Assembly: GCF_000143415.4 (NCBI RefSeq)
Contig: NW_003314371.1
Location: forward strand, 517,463 to 581,462
From: Selaginella moellendorffii
Taxonomy: Eukaryota > Plantae > Lycopodiophyta
Direction: 5' to 3'
Length of the DNA stretch: 64,000 nucleotides
Positions 11,619-23,811 of this stretch are shown piece by piece. The notes below the pieces were generated by a model, which saw nothing but the letters and a program-made list of their open reading frames with translations, ran no database searches and was not told the DNA's origin. The translations under genes were made by a program, and so were the position numbers. Numbering within the stretch: position 1 is the first letter of the stretch; every line of letters begins with the position of its first letter.

Positions 11619-12290
11619 ATGGACCTAACGATCGTGTTGTGCTCCTCAACTTTCATCATTCTCTTGGTTGTTTGGAGTTACAAGGTGTGCACAAATCTTC
11701 TACCAAGTCCATGGGGATCGGCACTTGCTCAGAGGAATATATTAAGTGGTGTTGTTTCAAGCCAGGAGCTAGTCAAGGAGCGCTTCACTTTGGTCAATTT
11801 TGTCCCTTGGTATTTGAGATGGCTGGTTGGTGGATTCCCCAGCACAAAGGTGTGCATGCAAAGCCAGACAAGTTCTTGTAAAAGATTGTGGACGAGCACA
11901 AAGGCAGCACCCGGGAATGCCTTCCTTGACACCACGCTCCTCTTCTTTGGTGAGGGAACACAAGGAAACTTGCATAGAAGTGTCAAAGTTTTTTGTGGGG
12001 TTTCTTTCAGGACATGTTTGCTGCCAGAACTGATTCATCTGTTGTTCCAAGCGAGTGGCTGCTGAAGCGGTACTGCAAAAGCCTCGGGGCTTAGCATGAG
12101 CTCAAGAGGAGCTTGACAGGGTTGTGGGAAATGCGAGAATTTTGAGAGAGTCAGATTTCTCCAAGCTGGAATACCTTGGAACAATCATCAAGGACACATT
12201 TACAATCCTTGGTGGCTATGAGATTCCCAAAGGAACCACAGCTTGCTGTTAATGTGTTGGCGGTGCAAATGGATCCCCACCCTATTTCTA
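11619..12290 (+). pseudogene. Collapsed cytochrome P450 pseudogene
   Basis: Ordered remnants of a paralogue of the 13747 gene ([34 protein letters not shown]) within about 0.7 kb. Confidence 0.8.
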
Positions 12291-13746
12291 CCCAACCTTT
12301 GAGCCAAGACTTTTTGATCTCTGGCTTTTGATTATTTACATCACCTACCATATGTGAATATAGTTTATTAAACCCTCTTAGGGTTTTAAAAGTTGATCAT
12401 TTTAATTTAATATTTTTATATGTTATTACTTTTAGCATGTGTTAGTAATTCTTTTATCCCTTTTTAGAGACTTGTTTATCAATTAGTTCATTTTAGTCTT
12501 TCAAATGCTTCTTTAAGTATTTCATTTGTGCTTTAGATTTTTCAAACTAAAGCTTTTAGTTCAAACATATTACACTTATTTAAATTTTACCTCTCAACCA
12601 TTTCTATAGGCCATATATTTAGTTTTACTTTGAGACTTAAAAATTTGTGTTTTACAGTTAAATGATTCCATTGATAAAGAATCTGTTAAAATTAAAAGAT
12701 TGACAACTTACATAAAGTAGAAAGTAATATATATCATAATACATGATATTGACTTGGAGGCCATAAAGGGTAGTCAAAAAGTAAAGATCCTTTAGATTTA
12801 AATATCAAGAGATAAAATTAAAATATAATACTTTATTATAAGTTGTTAAAGATATAAAATGTGATTAACATTGCATCCTTTAGTATAATACCTTTATACT
12901 ATCTAAAGAATGTTTCCCCTTTTTACCAAATCTATTTTAAAATAAAGGAGAAAGTTTTTTAGATACAAGGATAAAAAATTTGCATAAAGAATGCAAGGAT
13001 AAAAGAAGTAACATTTAAGTTAAGAAAAGTTTGAGTAAAAGTAGAAATTAGCATAAAAGAAAATAAACTTCCAAAATAAAAATTAAAGTAAAATATACAA
13101 ATTAAGTAAAATTTTAATGAAAATGCAAAGGTATTGCATCCTAAGTGATAATAAAGTGGTACATATGTGTTGTCTAGACCATGAATACAATTAAAATTAT
13201 ATTTTAATTAACATAGGATATAAAACATGACATAAAGATGTATGAATGTTCTCTAGATTGAAGACAAAAGAATCTACACTAGAAAACAATAAAAACTGTT
13301 TAAAAGTATTATAGAAATTAATGAATAATAAAGAGATCTTGGTTGTTACTATTATTTGAAGTAAAATTTCATTATAGCTCATAGTAAACCACTTAAAACA
13401 AAGCATCTCCAAACAAAGAATATTTTTGGCTCAATTTTTGCAAATATTCTATTGGATCAAACAAGTTACTAAATTCCTACAAACCCATTTGATTTTGTGG
13501 GCTAAGAACAAGGTACCACCTTTTTCTTGGCTTCAAAAGTTTCTAATGAACAAGTGGAAACTTCTGGCTAAGAATTGTGTGTGCTTTTGAAATAACAGCT
13601 CACTGGGTCCTTTGGAACTCTCATGTTATTGGAAGGACTCAATGTGGGCCAATCAAGGCGACTTAGACTGGTACAAGGTGGCTACTAACCATTCTCTGTA
13701 GTCCAATTTAAATAGTTGGGCACCATTAACACAAGCACCCACAGAA

Positions 13747-15284
13747 ATGGATCTAGCACTTCTTGTGAGCTCTGCAGCTTTCATCACTCTCTTGGTCTTG
13801 TGGTTCTGGAAATCTTCCTCAAATCTTCCACCAGGTCCATGGGGATTGCCCCTGATTGGCCACTTACACTTGCTAGCAGGAATGCCCCCACACAGAGCAT
13901 TCCAACGCATAGCCAAGAAGTATGGTCCTATTACTTCATTGAGGCTGGGAATGATCCCAACCGTGGTGATTTCCAGCCAAGAGCTTGCCAAGGAGATCTT
14001 CACCACACACGATCTAAATTTTGCTTCCAGGCCATACTTGGTTTTAGGTGACCACTTCAGCTATAACTTTTCTGGAATTGGAACCAGTCCCTATGGAGAG
14101 CTATGGCGAAACACCCGCAAGCTGTGTACAATGGAGCTCTTCACGGCCAAGTGTATTGACTCCTTCTCTTGGGTCAGAAGGGATGAGCTTTCTCGTACCT
14201 TGGAGTGGATTTTGAAGGACCATGGCGATGACAAACCTGTGGAGGTGAGAAAAGTGGCCAGTGTTTTCTCCTTCAACATCACATCACGAATTTTGATGAG
14301 CAAGAGGTACTTTGGTGATGAAAACGTAGATGCCCATGCCATGGAATTCAAGGAGCTCAATGACAAAGTTCTTGAGCTGGCGATCAATCCCTGCATTAGC
14401 AACTTGGTGCCCTGGTACTTGAGATGGCTGGACTGGCAGATTCCTCGCTACAAGCGAATCCATGCCAAGCAAGACGAGTTCTTGCAGAAGATTGTTGAGG
14501 AGCACAAGGAGACGACACGGGAATGCAAGGACTTCCTCGATATCATGCTCGACTTCTTTGGAGCAGGGACACAAGGGGAGACTTACGTAAAGGCGAATCT
14601 CATAGTAAGCTTTGCAAAACTTCTCCTTGATTGCTTATTTCTTATGCTACAAATGCCCAGGAGATGTTAATGGCTGGTACTGATACCATCACCACCGTGA
14701 GCGAGTGGCTCATGGGTGCAGTGATGCACAATCCTCGAGTCATGGCCAAGCTCCACGAGGAGCTCGACAGTGTTGTGGGCAACACTCGGATGGTGCAAGA
14801 GTCGGACCTCCAAAAGCTCGAGTACCTCCAGATTGTCCTCAAGGAATCACTCAGACGCTATCCTCCGGGAGCCTTACTCATACCGCGCATCTCAAGCCAA
14901 GCAGCAACCGTTGGCGGCTTTCACGTTCCAAAAGGGACCACTCTCCTGGTGAATGCATGGGCGATTGGAATGGATCCGGCAGTGTGGGAGAATCCCACAC
15001 AATTCCACCCGGAGCGCTTCTTGGGGAGCTCCATCGATGTCAAAGGCCAAAACTTTGAGCTCCTCCCGTTTGGATCTGGGCGGAGACAGTGTCCGGGAAT
15101 GGGCATGGGATTGCGATCAGTGGAGCTGCTCGTGGCAAATCTCATCCATGGCTTCGACTGGAGCTTTGTGCCTGGGACAACGCCGTCCATGGAAGATGTT
15201 TTCTTCACTACTGCGCAGCTCAAGACCCCATTGCAAGCCATGGCGACTCCAAGGCTCCCCAAGGAGGTCTACATCAAAGTTTAG
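13747..15284 (+). CDS. Cytochrome P450, CYP71 clan (A-type), 2 exons
   Basis: Intron 14605-14660. Motifs PPGP, AGTDT, ESLR, PERF and FGSGRRQCPG intact. Confidence 0.95.
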
Positions 15285-15479
15285 AGATCACTTAGTGGAC
15301 TTTGCCACAAAGACTATTCTACTCGTATTAAATAGCTGGTTTTTCCATGTCTATATGCTCATATGTAGGCTTTTGGATTGCAGCAATATGTTTGTCAGAT
15401 CCAAATTCCAAGGAGTCCTCAAAGCCTCGCTCGATCAATCCAAAAGAGTCTCCTTCTCATTTATGTACTAAGTAAGCAT

Positions 15480-17450
15480 CTACAAAGGTTGGAAGAGATT
15501 TTCTTCCACTGTGAAAGAAAGGAGACACCGATAAAAAGAGGCCCACGAAAGCTTTGCTTGTCACAGAGTGTAGCAGTCCAAGTGGTGATTATTCTGAGTG
15601 GCATTGCATGCTCGAGCTGGCCCAAAGATCAGCTCCACGCAAAAGTTTTGGCCGATTATCGATCGTCCGTTCCTAGTCACCTTGTCGAGATCGCCTTTGC
15701 CCAGCTGCCAAACATTCCAATCATCAGATCTAGCACTTTCTTTGCTTTTTGGCAGAGAATTCTAGCCTCTTTTGCTTACCTGCATCATGCTACCCGATAT
15801 AAAGTAAGTGTTGAAGCAAAAGTAGAAGAGCCTTCCACCGTTTTTGTTGTAGAAAATCGCCCTCACATCGCCTGATACCTGGATTTGCAAGGTTTCATGT
15901 CAAAAAAGCCCTGGAAACGAACGAAAACGATGCCACTCACGCATATAGGCTTGTCGAAGTAATGGTCGAGGCAGTCCTTCTTCAAGAGGTTCGGCCTCTC
16001 CGTGTCCATCTGGACGACGAAGCGCGGTTGATTCTCCTTGCTCTTCTCATCGCCTTCCTTTGGGAGGAAGGATAAGTAGTAGCGTGGACTTACTGTGCGA
16101 ACAAATCCTTTCTTCAACGGCTCGCACAGCCCCGACGCAATCTCCACGGGAGACTTGTAGAGCTCTCCTGGCTCCTGCATCAAGTCAGTCCCGAGACGTG
16201 ATTGCTTGGAGATAGTTGAGCACGACGATAGATTGTTACGTACCTCTTGGATTTCCTTGATCGAAAACTTCACAGCATCCGTCGAATTTGTATCATACAG
16301 ACGAATCCTTCGCAGTTCTCGGGGCTTTGGAGGTGGAATACGAACGTCCGGGACACCTCCATCGCTCGGAAAGACAAGGATTTTACTCCAGTAGCGAACA
16401 TACCTTCGCTGGCTCGGGATCGTCACCTGGAAAGCTCTAGCTGGTGAGTTTCGAGAAAAAAAGAAAAGAAAAGAAGAAAAGTCTAATGCCAGGCTTCTTA
16501 CTCCTTGGTTATTATATGTGCGACGACTCCCATACAACTGCAAAGCTTCCTCGGCTGGCATTCCTTTGTACACGAGATACGCGCAAACCATCAAGCCCGT
16601 CCGGCCTTTCCCAGCCTGTGCAGACACAAAGGCAGAAAATAATCAAACATGGAGAGCGTTTTGGTACGAGCAATGTAGCTGCCAAGCTACGAGACAAAAT
16701 GCCAAACTCTGGAACAAAGTGGAATACAAAGTCTAAAATCTAGGCTTACTTTGCAGTGGATCACCGCCACGTTCCGAGGGTCCTGTAGAAGCCAATCCTC
16801 CACGCTCTCGCAGAAGAGCTGGATGAGCGACAGTGGCGGTACGTGCATATCGTCGAAGGGAAACGTCTCGACTCGGCCATGGAAGCTGCCGGGATCATAG
16901 CTGCATTCCACGCAGAGATTGTAAACCTGGTGGAAGAAGAAAAACCCATCAGGAAAGGAAATCTATGATACCAAGTTGGAAGAGAGAAATGAAAAAGCTT
17001 ACTTTGTAGTAAGATCCGTGCTTGACGTCGAGCGCTCGCTGGACTTGCCACATAGGATTCCGATACATGGCGGTCATGTCCTCGGCGGGGAAGGACATGG
17101 CCACGAGTCTGTCCGTGATGTAGGACATATCCAAGTTATAGCCCCCGAGAACAAGGCGGCGGCGCTCCTTGGAGACGAGGCTCCGGAGATAGTGCGACCC
17201 GGCAATGAATTCGATAAGCCTTCCTTTGAGGAATCCTCCATGGTTTGTCAATTGCCCGCCACCACCAGCAAGAGAGTGCTTGGCCCCCGTCGTGCCTTTG
17301 TTGTTCTTCCTCTTTTCCTTGTGCTTCCTCTCCCTACTATGGAGAATATCGAGACGAGAGAATCGCTACTTGTCCTTGGCGAGAGGCCCTGCTACATTGT
17401 TGCATCCCTGCTGCTTCCTGCCCGATAGGAACGATTCCACGCACCCCTTC
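15480..17450 (-). CDS. PTEN: PTEN-like phosphoinositide/dual-specificity phosphatase (start uncertain)
   Basis: VSKERRRL..GGYNLDMSYIT, FPFDDMHVPPL, spliced HCK|AGKGRTG, PSQRRYV and a C2-like C-terminal region. Confidence 0.88.
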
Positions 17451-18198
17451 CTGAATTTGCACTTCCGGCCTTGCCCGATGCTAAGCGGCAGTGAGGGCGC
17501 CACTGGAACCGCGGCAACGGCGCTCACAGCCACGGCCGCTGCCCAAGCGGGAGATCGCGGATCGATCTTGACGGATTCCAAGGCGGGCGGATGAGCGCTG
17601 CGGGAATTTGACCGCGCGGAGCACCAATGCGGCCGGCTTACATCCGATGCCGCGTGAAATTCGCGATAAGTGACCCCGATCTGAGCTCCCGATCGACGAT
17701 CTAGCTAGCCTAGCGCCTCTCCTCTCCAATCGCTCCGAGGACGCACAGACACACAATCACGGACACCCAAATCCCTAGGTTGCTGCCAGCCGTTGATAGC
17801 ATGCCCGGTTATCTAATGGCCACGATAACAGCACTCCCCGTGGCCGTCCAATTTACAACGTACGGTCGCGATGCAAAGGCGGCCGTCCACGTGTCCTTTT
17901 TGCCACGTTGGATTTCCGGACGTTGCGTAACACACCATGTGTCCTTGGAGATTTGACTTTCTCCAAAAACCCAAAAACTCTCTCTCGCGTCCCTCGCTCT
18001 CACGAAGAAATACGCAAACAAAAACACGTCTTTTTTTACATTTTCATGTTCTGGGTCATGATCTTGGCGAAGTTTCGTAAGCTAGATAATTGCCAGCAAG
18101 GAGTTTGCTGCGTGATCACTACTGGATGATGCGTGTCCCACATTGTCCGATTCGTGAATGCTGCGCTGCGCAAATTCCCTGTAGTGATTGCCGCAAAG

Positions 18199-18943
18199 CT
18201 AGCTTCCACGAGGAGCTGGAAAAAAAAAGAGAAGCGTTTGATTGATCACGCGAGCTTCTGGATGAAACTTTTGGAAATGGAATGGAAAGTTTTACGTACC
18301 TTGCGGCTTGGTCGTGGTGGTGGCTTTGGGATCCTCTTCGCTCTTGGGTGTTTTCTTCTCCGTGGAAGCTCCCCTGTTCTTGAGCTCCGGGATGCCCAGC
18401 TCCTCCGCGAGATCGCCCTTGACGCTCTCGTGGAAAGGATCCATGCCTTCCTCGCTGGCGGCGTGGCCGAACCCCTCCTCGACTGACCTCGTCGCGTACT
18501 TGTCCCCGTACGCTTCAAACATAAACTCCCGGCTGCGAAAGAAAGGAATTTTTTTTTTTTTTACGATGATCAGCGAAGTTCTCATCACGAGGAAATAAAT
18601 GCTTCGCTCATTAAAATCTTTGGCCTAAAAGCTCTCACGGGAAGAATGCACGATCACGGAATGCCTATCGAAATTTCGAGAAATGCCAGTACCTGGATTT
18701 GGCGCCTTCTTTCCCGGCCTCCAGCGGCTGCTGGTTAGATGGATTCACAGGCTGATGGAGATTGTGCTCCTTCTTCGTGCCCTCCCGCTGATCCATCGCC
18801 TTGCAGCAAACGAAGCTCCGGCCGCGCGAAGGAGGAGGAGGAGGAGCAAGAAAGATGAGCGGCGATGGAGGACGATAGATCGACGCCGCTACCGCCGAGC
18901 CGAAGACCTGCTGGCGAAGAAATGAGGCTGAGAAGGGCAACAT
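18199..18943 (-). CDS. Small uncharacterised protein with a transit-peptide-like N-terminus
   Basis: Three exons with canonical splice sites, S/R/A-rich N-terminus and a YGDKYATRSVEEGFG core. Confidence 0.6.
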
Positions 18944-19043
18944 CGTGTTCTTCCCTCGATTGGGTTAGGGCTTACCTTGTATCGACGCGTGGCCTCCTGC
19001 ATGGCCAACACGTGTCATGGAGAAGATTCTGGGGTATATGCTG

Positions 19044-19071
19044 CTAGGGTTTTGGTAGGGTTTGCGGGAAA
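19044..19071. promoter_or_regulatory. Telo-boxes and E2F site immediately upstream of RFC2
   Basis: TAGGGTTT occurs twice. GCGGGAAA at 19064-19071 is the canonical TTTCCCGC on the minus strand. Confidence 0.6.
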
Positions 19072-20602
19072 TGGCGTCCCGAGAGGAGTATGATCTTCCG
19101 TGGGTGGAGAAGTATCGCCCGCAGAAGCTCGCGGATGTGGTTGGGAACCAGGATGCGATCGGGAGGCTCCAGGTGATTGCTCGCGATGGCAACATGCCCA
19201 ACCTCATCTTCTCGGTCAGTGAAATGCGATCCCGATTGAAATGCTCGATTCTCAATCGCGTTTTGTGTGTGTCAAGGGTCCTCCCGGGATTGGGAAGACG
19301 ACGTGCATTATGGCGATGGCTCACGAGATGCTGGGCGCTTTAGCCAAAGAAGCGGTGCTTGAGCTCAATGCCTCGGACGACAGGTTAGTGTTCTTCTCTT
19401 GTTCCAAAGTTTTTCCATTCTTTTTTCAAAGTTCTTCCATTCTTTTCCAAAGTTCTTCTATTCTTTTTTCAATGTTCTTCCATTCTTTTTCCAAAGTTCT
19501 TCCATTCTTTTTCCAAAGTTCTTCCATTCTTTTTCCAAAGTTCTTCCATCCCTTCCTTTGTTCGTGCTTTGCATTGATCGAGGGAGCGTGATTGATCCTT
19601 TTTTTTTTTTCTTTCAGAGGGATCGACGTTGTGCGAAACAAGATCAAAATGTTCGCTCAGAAGAAACTCACGCTTCCGCGTGGTCGTCACAAGGTCGTCA
19701 TCCTGGACGAAGCCGACAGGTTTTTACCGATCGGAAGAAAAATCATCTTTCCTGTGACGAGATCATTCTGAACTCCATTCTTCACGTGTTGTGGCAGTAT
19801 GACTTCTGGTGCTCAACAAGCTCTCCGACGAACCATGGAGATTTATTCCTCCAGCACCCGCTTTGGCCTGGCGTGTAACCTGTCGTCCCAGATCATCGAG
19901 CCCATCCAGAGCCGCTGCGCTATCGTGAGATTCACGAGGCTCTCTGAGCAGGACATTCTCGCGCGGCTTCTCAAGGTCGCTGCCGCCGAGAAGGTACTCT
20001 TGGAACTTTAAAAACCATTTTTTCTAGATCTTCTTGCAATCTTGTTCTCCAGGTCCCCTATGTTCCGGAAGGCCTGGAAGCGGTGGTTTTCACCGCCGAC
20101 GGTGACATGCGCCAAGCTCTCAACAATCTGCAAGCTACGTATAGCGGTTTCCAGTTTGTTAATCGAGAGAATGTGTTCAAGGTAAGGAAACCAGTCTCTT
20201 CTATTTTTTATGTTTAGAGTTTCCATATGTTTGTTTTGCAGGTCTGTGATCAACCACATCCCTTGCTTGTGTCGACTATGATCCAGAATACACTGGCTGG
20301 AAAGATCGATGAAGCGTACCTGGGGATGAAGCAGCTGTATGATCTTGGTTACTCGGCCTCGGACATCATCACAACGCTGTTTAGAGTCGTGAAGAACTTT
20401 GACATGCCGGAGTTCCTCAAGCTGGAATATATCAAGGTCGGTATCACGGAGTTGATGAGAAACTTTACGATAATCAAATTCTCTTGTATTGCAGGAAGTA
20501 GGCTTTGCGCATATGAGGATCGCAGAGGGTGTAGGCTCGCTGCTGCAGCTAACAGGACTCTTGGCGAAGCTTTGCTTGCTCAGGGAGAAAGCGAAAGCGT
20601 GA
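19071..20602 (+). CDS. RFC2: Replication factor C small subunit (RFC2, 40 kDa type)
   Basis: [52 protein letters not shown] and IQSRC across multiple exons. Confidence 0.93.
19400..19552. repeat. Intronic ~23-24 bp pyrimidine-rich minisatellite
   Basis: Unit ttccaaagttcttccattctttt, about 6-7 copies, in RFC2 intron 2. Confidence 0.9.
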
Positions 20603-20639
20603 AAGCGTCGAGTCGTAGAACACGAAAACTGTTACCTCC

Positions 20640-22930
20640 TTACATCGCTGCGCCTGCTTCCTTGAGAGCTTTGGCGTGCTTGAGTATGGCCGAGGCCGCA
20701 GTTTCGTTTGCCGCGGAAGACAAAGCTCCTTCTCCAGACTCTTTTTTGGGAGGAGTATCCACCAGCCTCTCCAATGCCTCGAGTTGATCGTATGGTGCAA
20801 CCTGCGTAACAATGTTTAACACTTGTGCTAACTTCTTTTTCATGTAAATCGTTACCTGATTGAATCCATCGGGCCAGCTTATCATCACGGCATAATTTCC
20901 CAGAGGCTGAATGGCCTCGGGTTCGATGTCTTCGCGCACGTCTCCATAGCGTAGCTTTTGTTCGCCTGTCCATTCGTCCTGCTCAGAAAAGCATAAGATT
21001 CTCCGAAGTCTATTTCTAGGTAGACTTACTATGCTTTTCGCGGACCGATCATTTCGACGAACAGTTGCTGGATGCAAATAAAATGGTTCTTCTGTTCCGG
21101 GGACTTTGACTTTGATTGCCCGCATTGCGTCGTCATAAGTTACTGCTGTGGACACTTGCTGGCGTATTTTGGCACACTGTTGAACCACACACACTCCCAG
21201 CTCGGAAAAGGACCTTGCAACGTCGCCTTGAGGGTCATGGACGACTTCCGGAGTACCACTATCTCCTGCTGCAGAGAGCTGGGACAAAACAGAAAGAGTA
21301 AGTAAAGGCAACTACTGCTTTGTACAGTCTTGCCTCTGGTCTAATGGGAAATTCGAACAAGTTGGAGATGCCAAATTGTTGGACCACCTACAGAATCAAA
21401 TATCAGGCTGCATCTTCAAAGGCTAAAAAGGTGTCACCTGTTTTCCCGAGCCCCTGCCGAAAGGGTAGTACCTCTTGCCATCTGCATCGAAGTAGCACAT
21501 ATTCTCCACCACGGCCAAGCACGGGACCTAGCATTCGGAAAAGATGCTAAAGACTATACTGAAGAAAGTCAAAAAACGCTACCTTAAGCTTTGAAAACAT
21601 TCGCACTCCTTTGGCAACGTCAATGAATGCAAGCTTCTGTGGCGTCGTAACTATAACAGCTGCTGTCAAAGGCACAACCTGCCGAAAAGCTAACAAAGAT
21701 TAGTATGCCAAAAGCTAGTCGAAGATAGTAACCTGGCAGAGTGTAAGCTGAATGTCTCCTGTTCCAGGCGGCATGTCAATTATCAGATAATCCAGCTCTC
21801 CCCTGAAAATCAACTCTGAATTATGCCTGTTCCTCAGAGCACGCATGAAACATACCAATCGGTAGTTGTGAGGAGCTGGTTAATGACTCCAGAAACCATT
21901 GGCCCCCTCATAATTGCTGTACCCTGTCCAGCGAAACCGAATGATACTAGTTTGACTCCAAGGTATTCGGTCGGTATTATCTGTTTGGTGTCTTCGACCT
22001 ATAGCAACAGAAACTTCAATGAAATCCCTTGGAAGTAAATGAAATGAAGAAAGTGATGAAGACTTACTACCTCACCATTTGCAACACCCGCAGCTCTGGA
22101 GACACCATTGTCGGCAAGCTTGGCCCATAAACATCAGCGTCGAAAATTCCAACTTTGGCTCCCATTCCCGCCAGGGAGTACGCAAGATTTACCGCAACTG
22201 TGGACTTGCCGACGCCTCCCTGAGTAAATGGCATTGACAAAGTCCTCGAACAGTAGAACGGGAGATGGATACCTTGCAGCTGGAAACTGCGATGATGTTG
22301 GAGACGTTTTGGAGACTTCGTGGGAGGCCCTCGGCAGCGAGAGCCTTTGCTGGTTGTGCGCTCATGGTGACTTTCACATTGGTGACCCACGGGAGAGCGG
22401 CGACCTTCTCTTTCGCTTGCTGCTCAAACTGTATGCAAAGAGCTGCAAGATGTTTAGCTGACTAGATGGTGAATAAAGCAGCAAAATTACCATGTCCTTG
22501 ACAGGGCAGGCCGGCGTTGTGAGCTCAAGTCGGAAGGCGACCTGGTTGCGTTATGATAGAAGAAAACAAAGTCGTTGCTGTCACGAGAGTTTTTGGGAGC
22601 AAACCAAGAACTCACCAACCTCACCAGAAGATTTGTCCGCTTGCAAGTCTTTCACAAATCCACAGGTTACAATGTCTGCGCCAAAGTCGGGATCGATGAT
22701 GGTGGAGAGCGCAACAAGAACGTCATGGCCGCCATTCGTTGCAACCTCTACGAAGAAAAAAAAAAGGACTCAAGCGTCACGAATCTGAGATTCGAGCTCA
22801 TACCTGTACTGGAGATCGTACTGCGGCATGCGAAAGAATCCGCAGAACCTCGCTTTCGTCCAATGGAGAGACACAAAGTCTCTTTCTCGACTTTAAATTT
22901 GATGCAAGAAGAAGAGGATGGAAGTCTCAT
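20640..22930 (-). CDS. HCF101: HCF101-like Fe-S cluster scaffold (Mrp/NBP35 P-loop ATPase)
   Basis: [50 protein letters not shown] and C-terminal [25 protein letters not shown]. Confidence 0.9.
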
Positions 22931-23811
22931 CAAACGAAGATTGCGCTCGCTAGCTCGGCTGGTGAGTTTGGTAAGAAGATGAGCAGCTGTTCACGACATG
23001 ACAGCATTGTTAGAGAAAGAATCCATTCGATCGAACTCTCGAAGAATGAAATCCAGACAATGCTCGACTAGATAGCTCTAGAGGAATGCACAAAATCACA
23101 AGAACACACTCACCGAATCCAATCGCCGGAGCGCAAGAGCTCGACGCCATACCGCGATGCTCCTGCCCTAGCATAAACCCCTTGCTGGAGAATTTGTATG
23201 GCGCAGAGGCGGTCTATCCAAACCGGACACGTGTCGACATCCCAGCGGTTGAGAATCCGTGAACGTTGCCGAGTCAGCCCTAAATATCGCCGCCGTTGAA
23301 GCGTTACGAGATCGCCGCCGTCCACGTGTACCCGTCAGGTGACGGGCATGACGGGCGCTGGCATATTTCTCGAGCAGGAGTAGGGGTTATTACAGGGCTG
23401 TGCGCAATCAACGCAGCGGAGGGCGCTCGCCACGGCGCCTCCTCAGCTATGGTGGACGAATGTCACCACACTCGCCGCGAAATCCACTCCTCCAGGGCCA
23501 GCGGCGTCGCCAATCCGCAGCTCCACGGCTCGTAGCGGGAATGGTGGATTTCGGGGCTTTGACGGCGCAGCTGGATGGAGCAATGCAGCTATGCTGATGA
23601 GAAGAATGGAGGCGCCGGGTAGCATGCAGTGAAGCTCTCCCAGAGATTGAAAGGTATGGCTCGGTTTGATCCAGTAGAGGCGTAGATCAGGCAATCCTAG
23701 TGCTTCCATACTCCTGATGTTCTTGGATCTTCACACGCTTTCCTTCTCTGTTTTTATTTTTCTTTTTTCTGTCAAAATTTTTCTGTAGTAAGGTGTTTAC
23801 ATTCGCAGGCG

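Noticed and set aside
12350-13450. Ancient retroelement integrase relic in an AT-rich block
   Set aside because: Only vague similarity by eye and no convincing motif.
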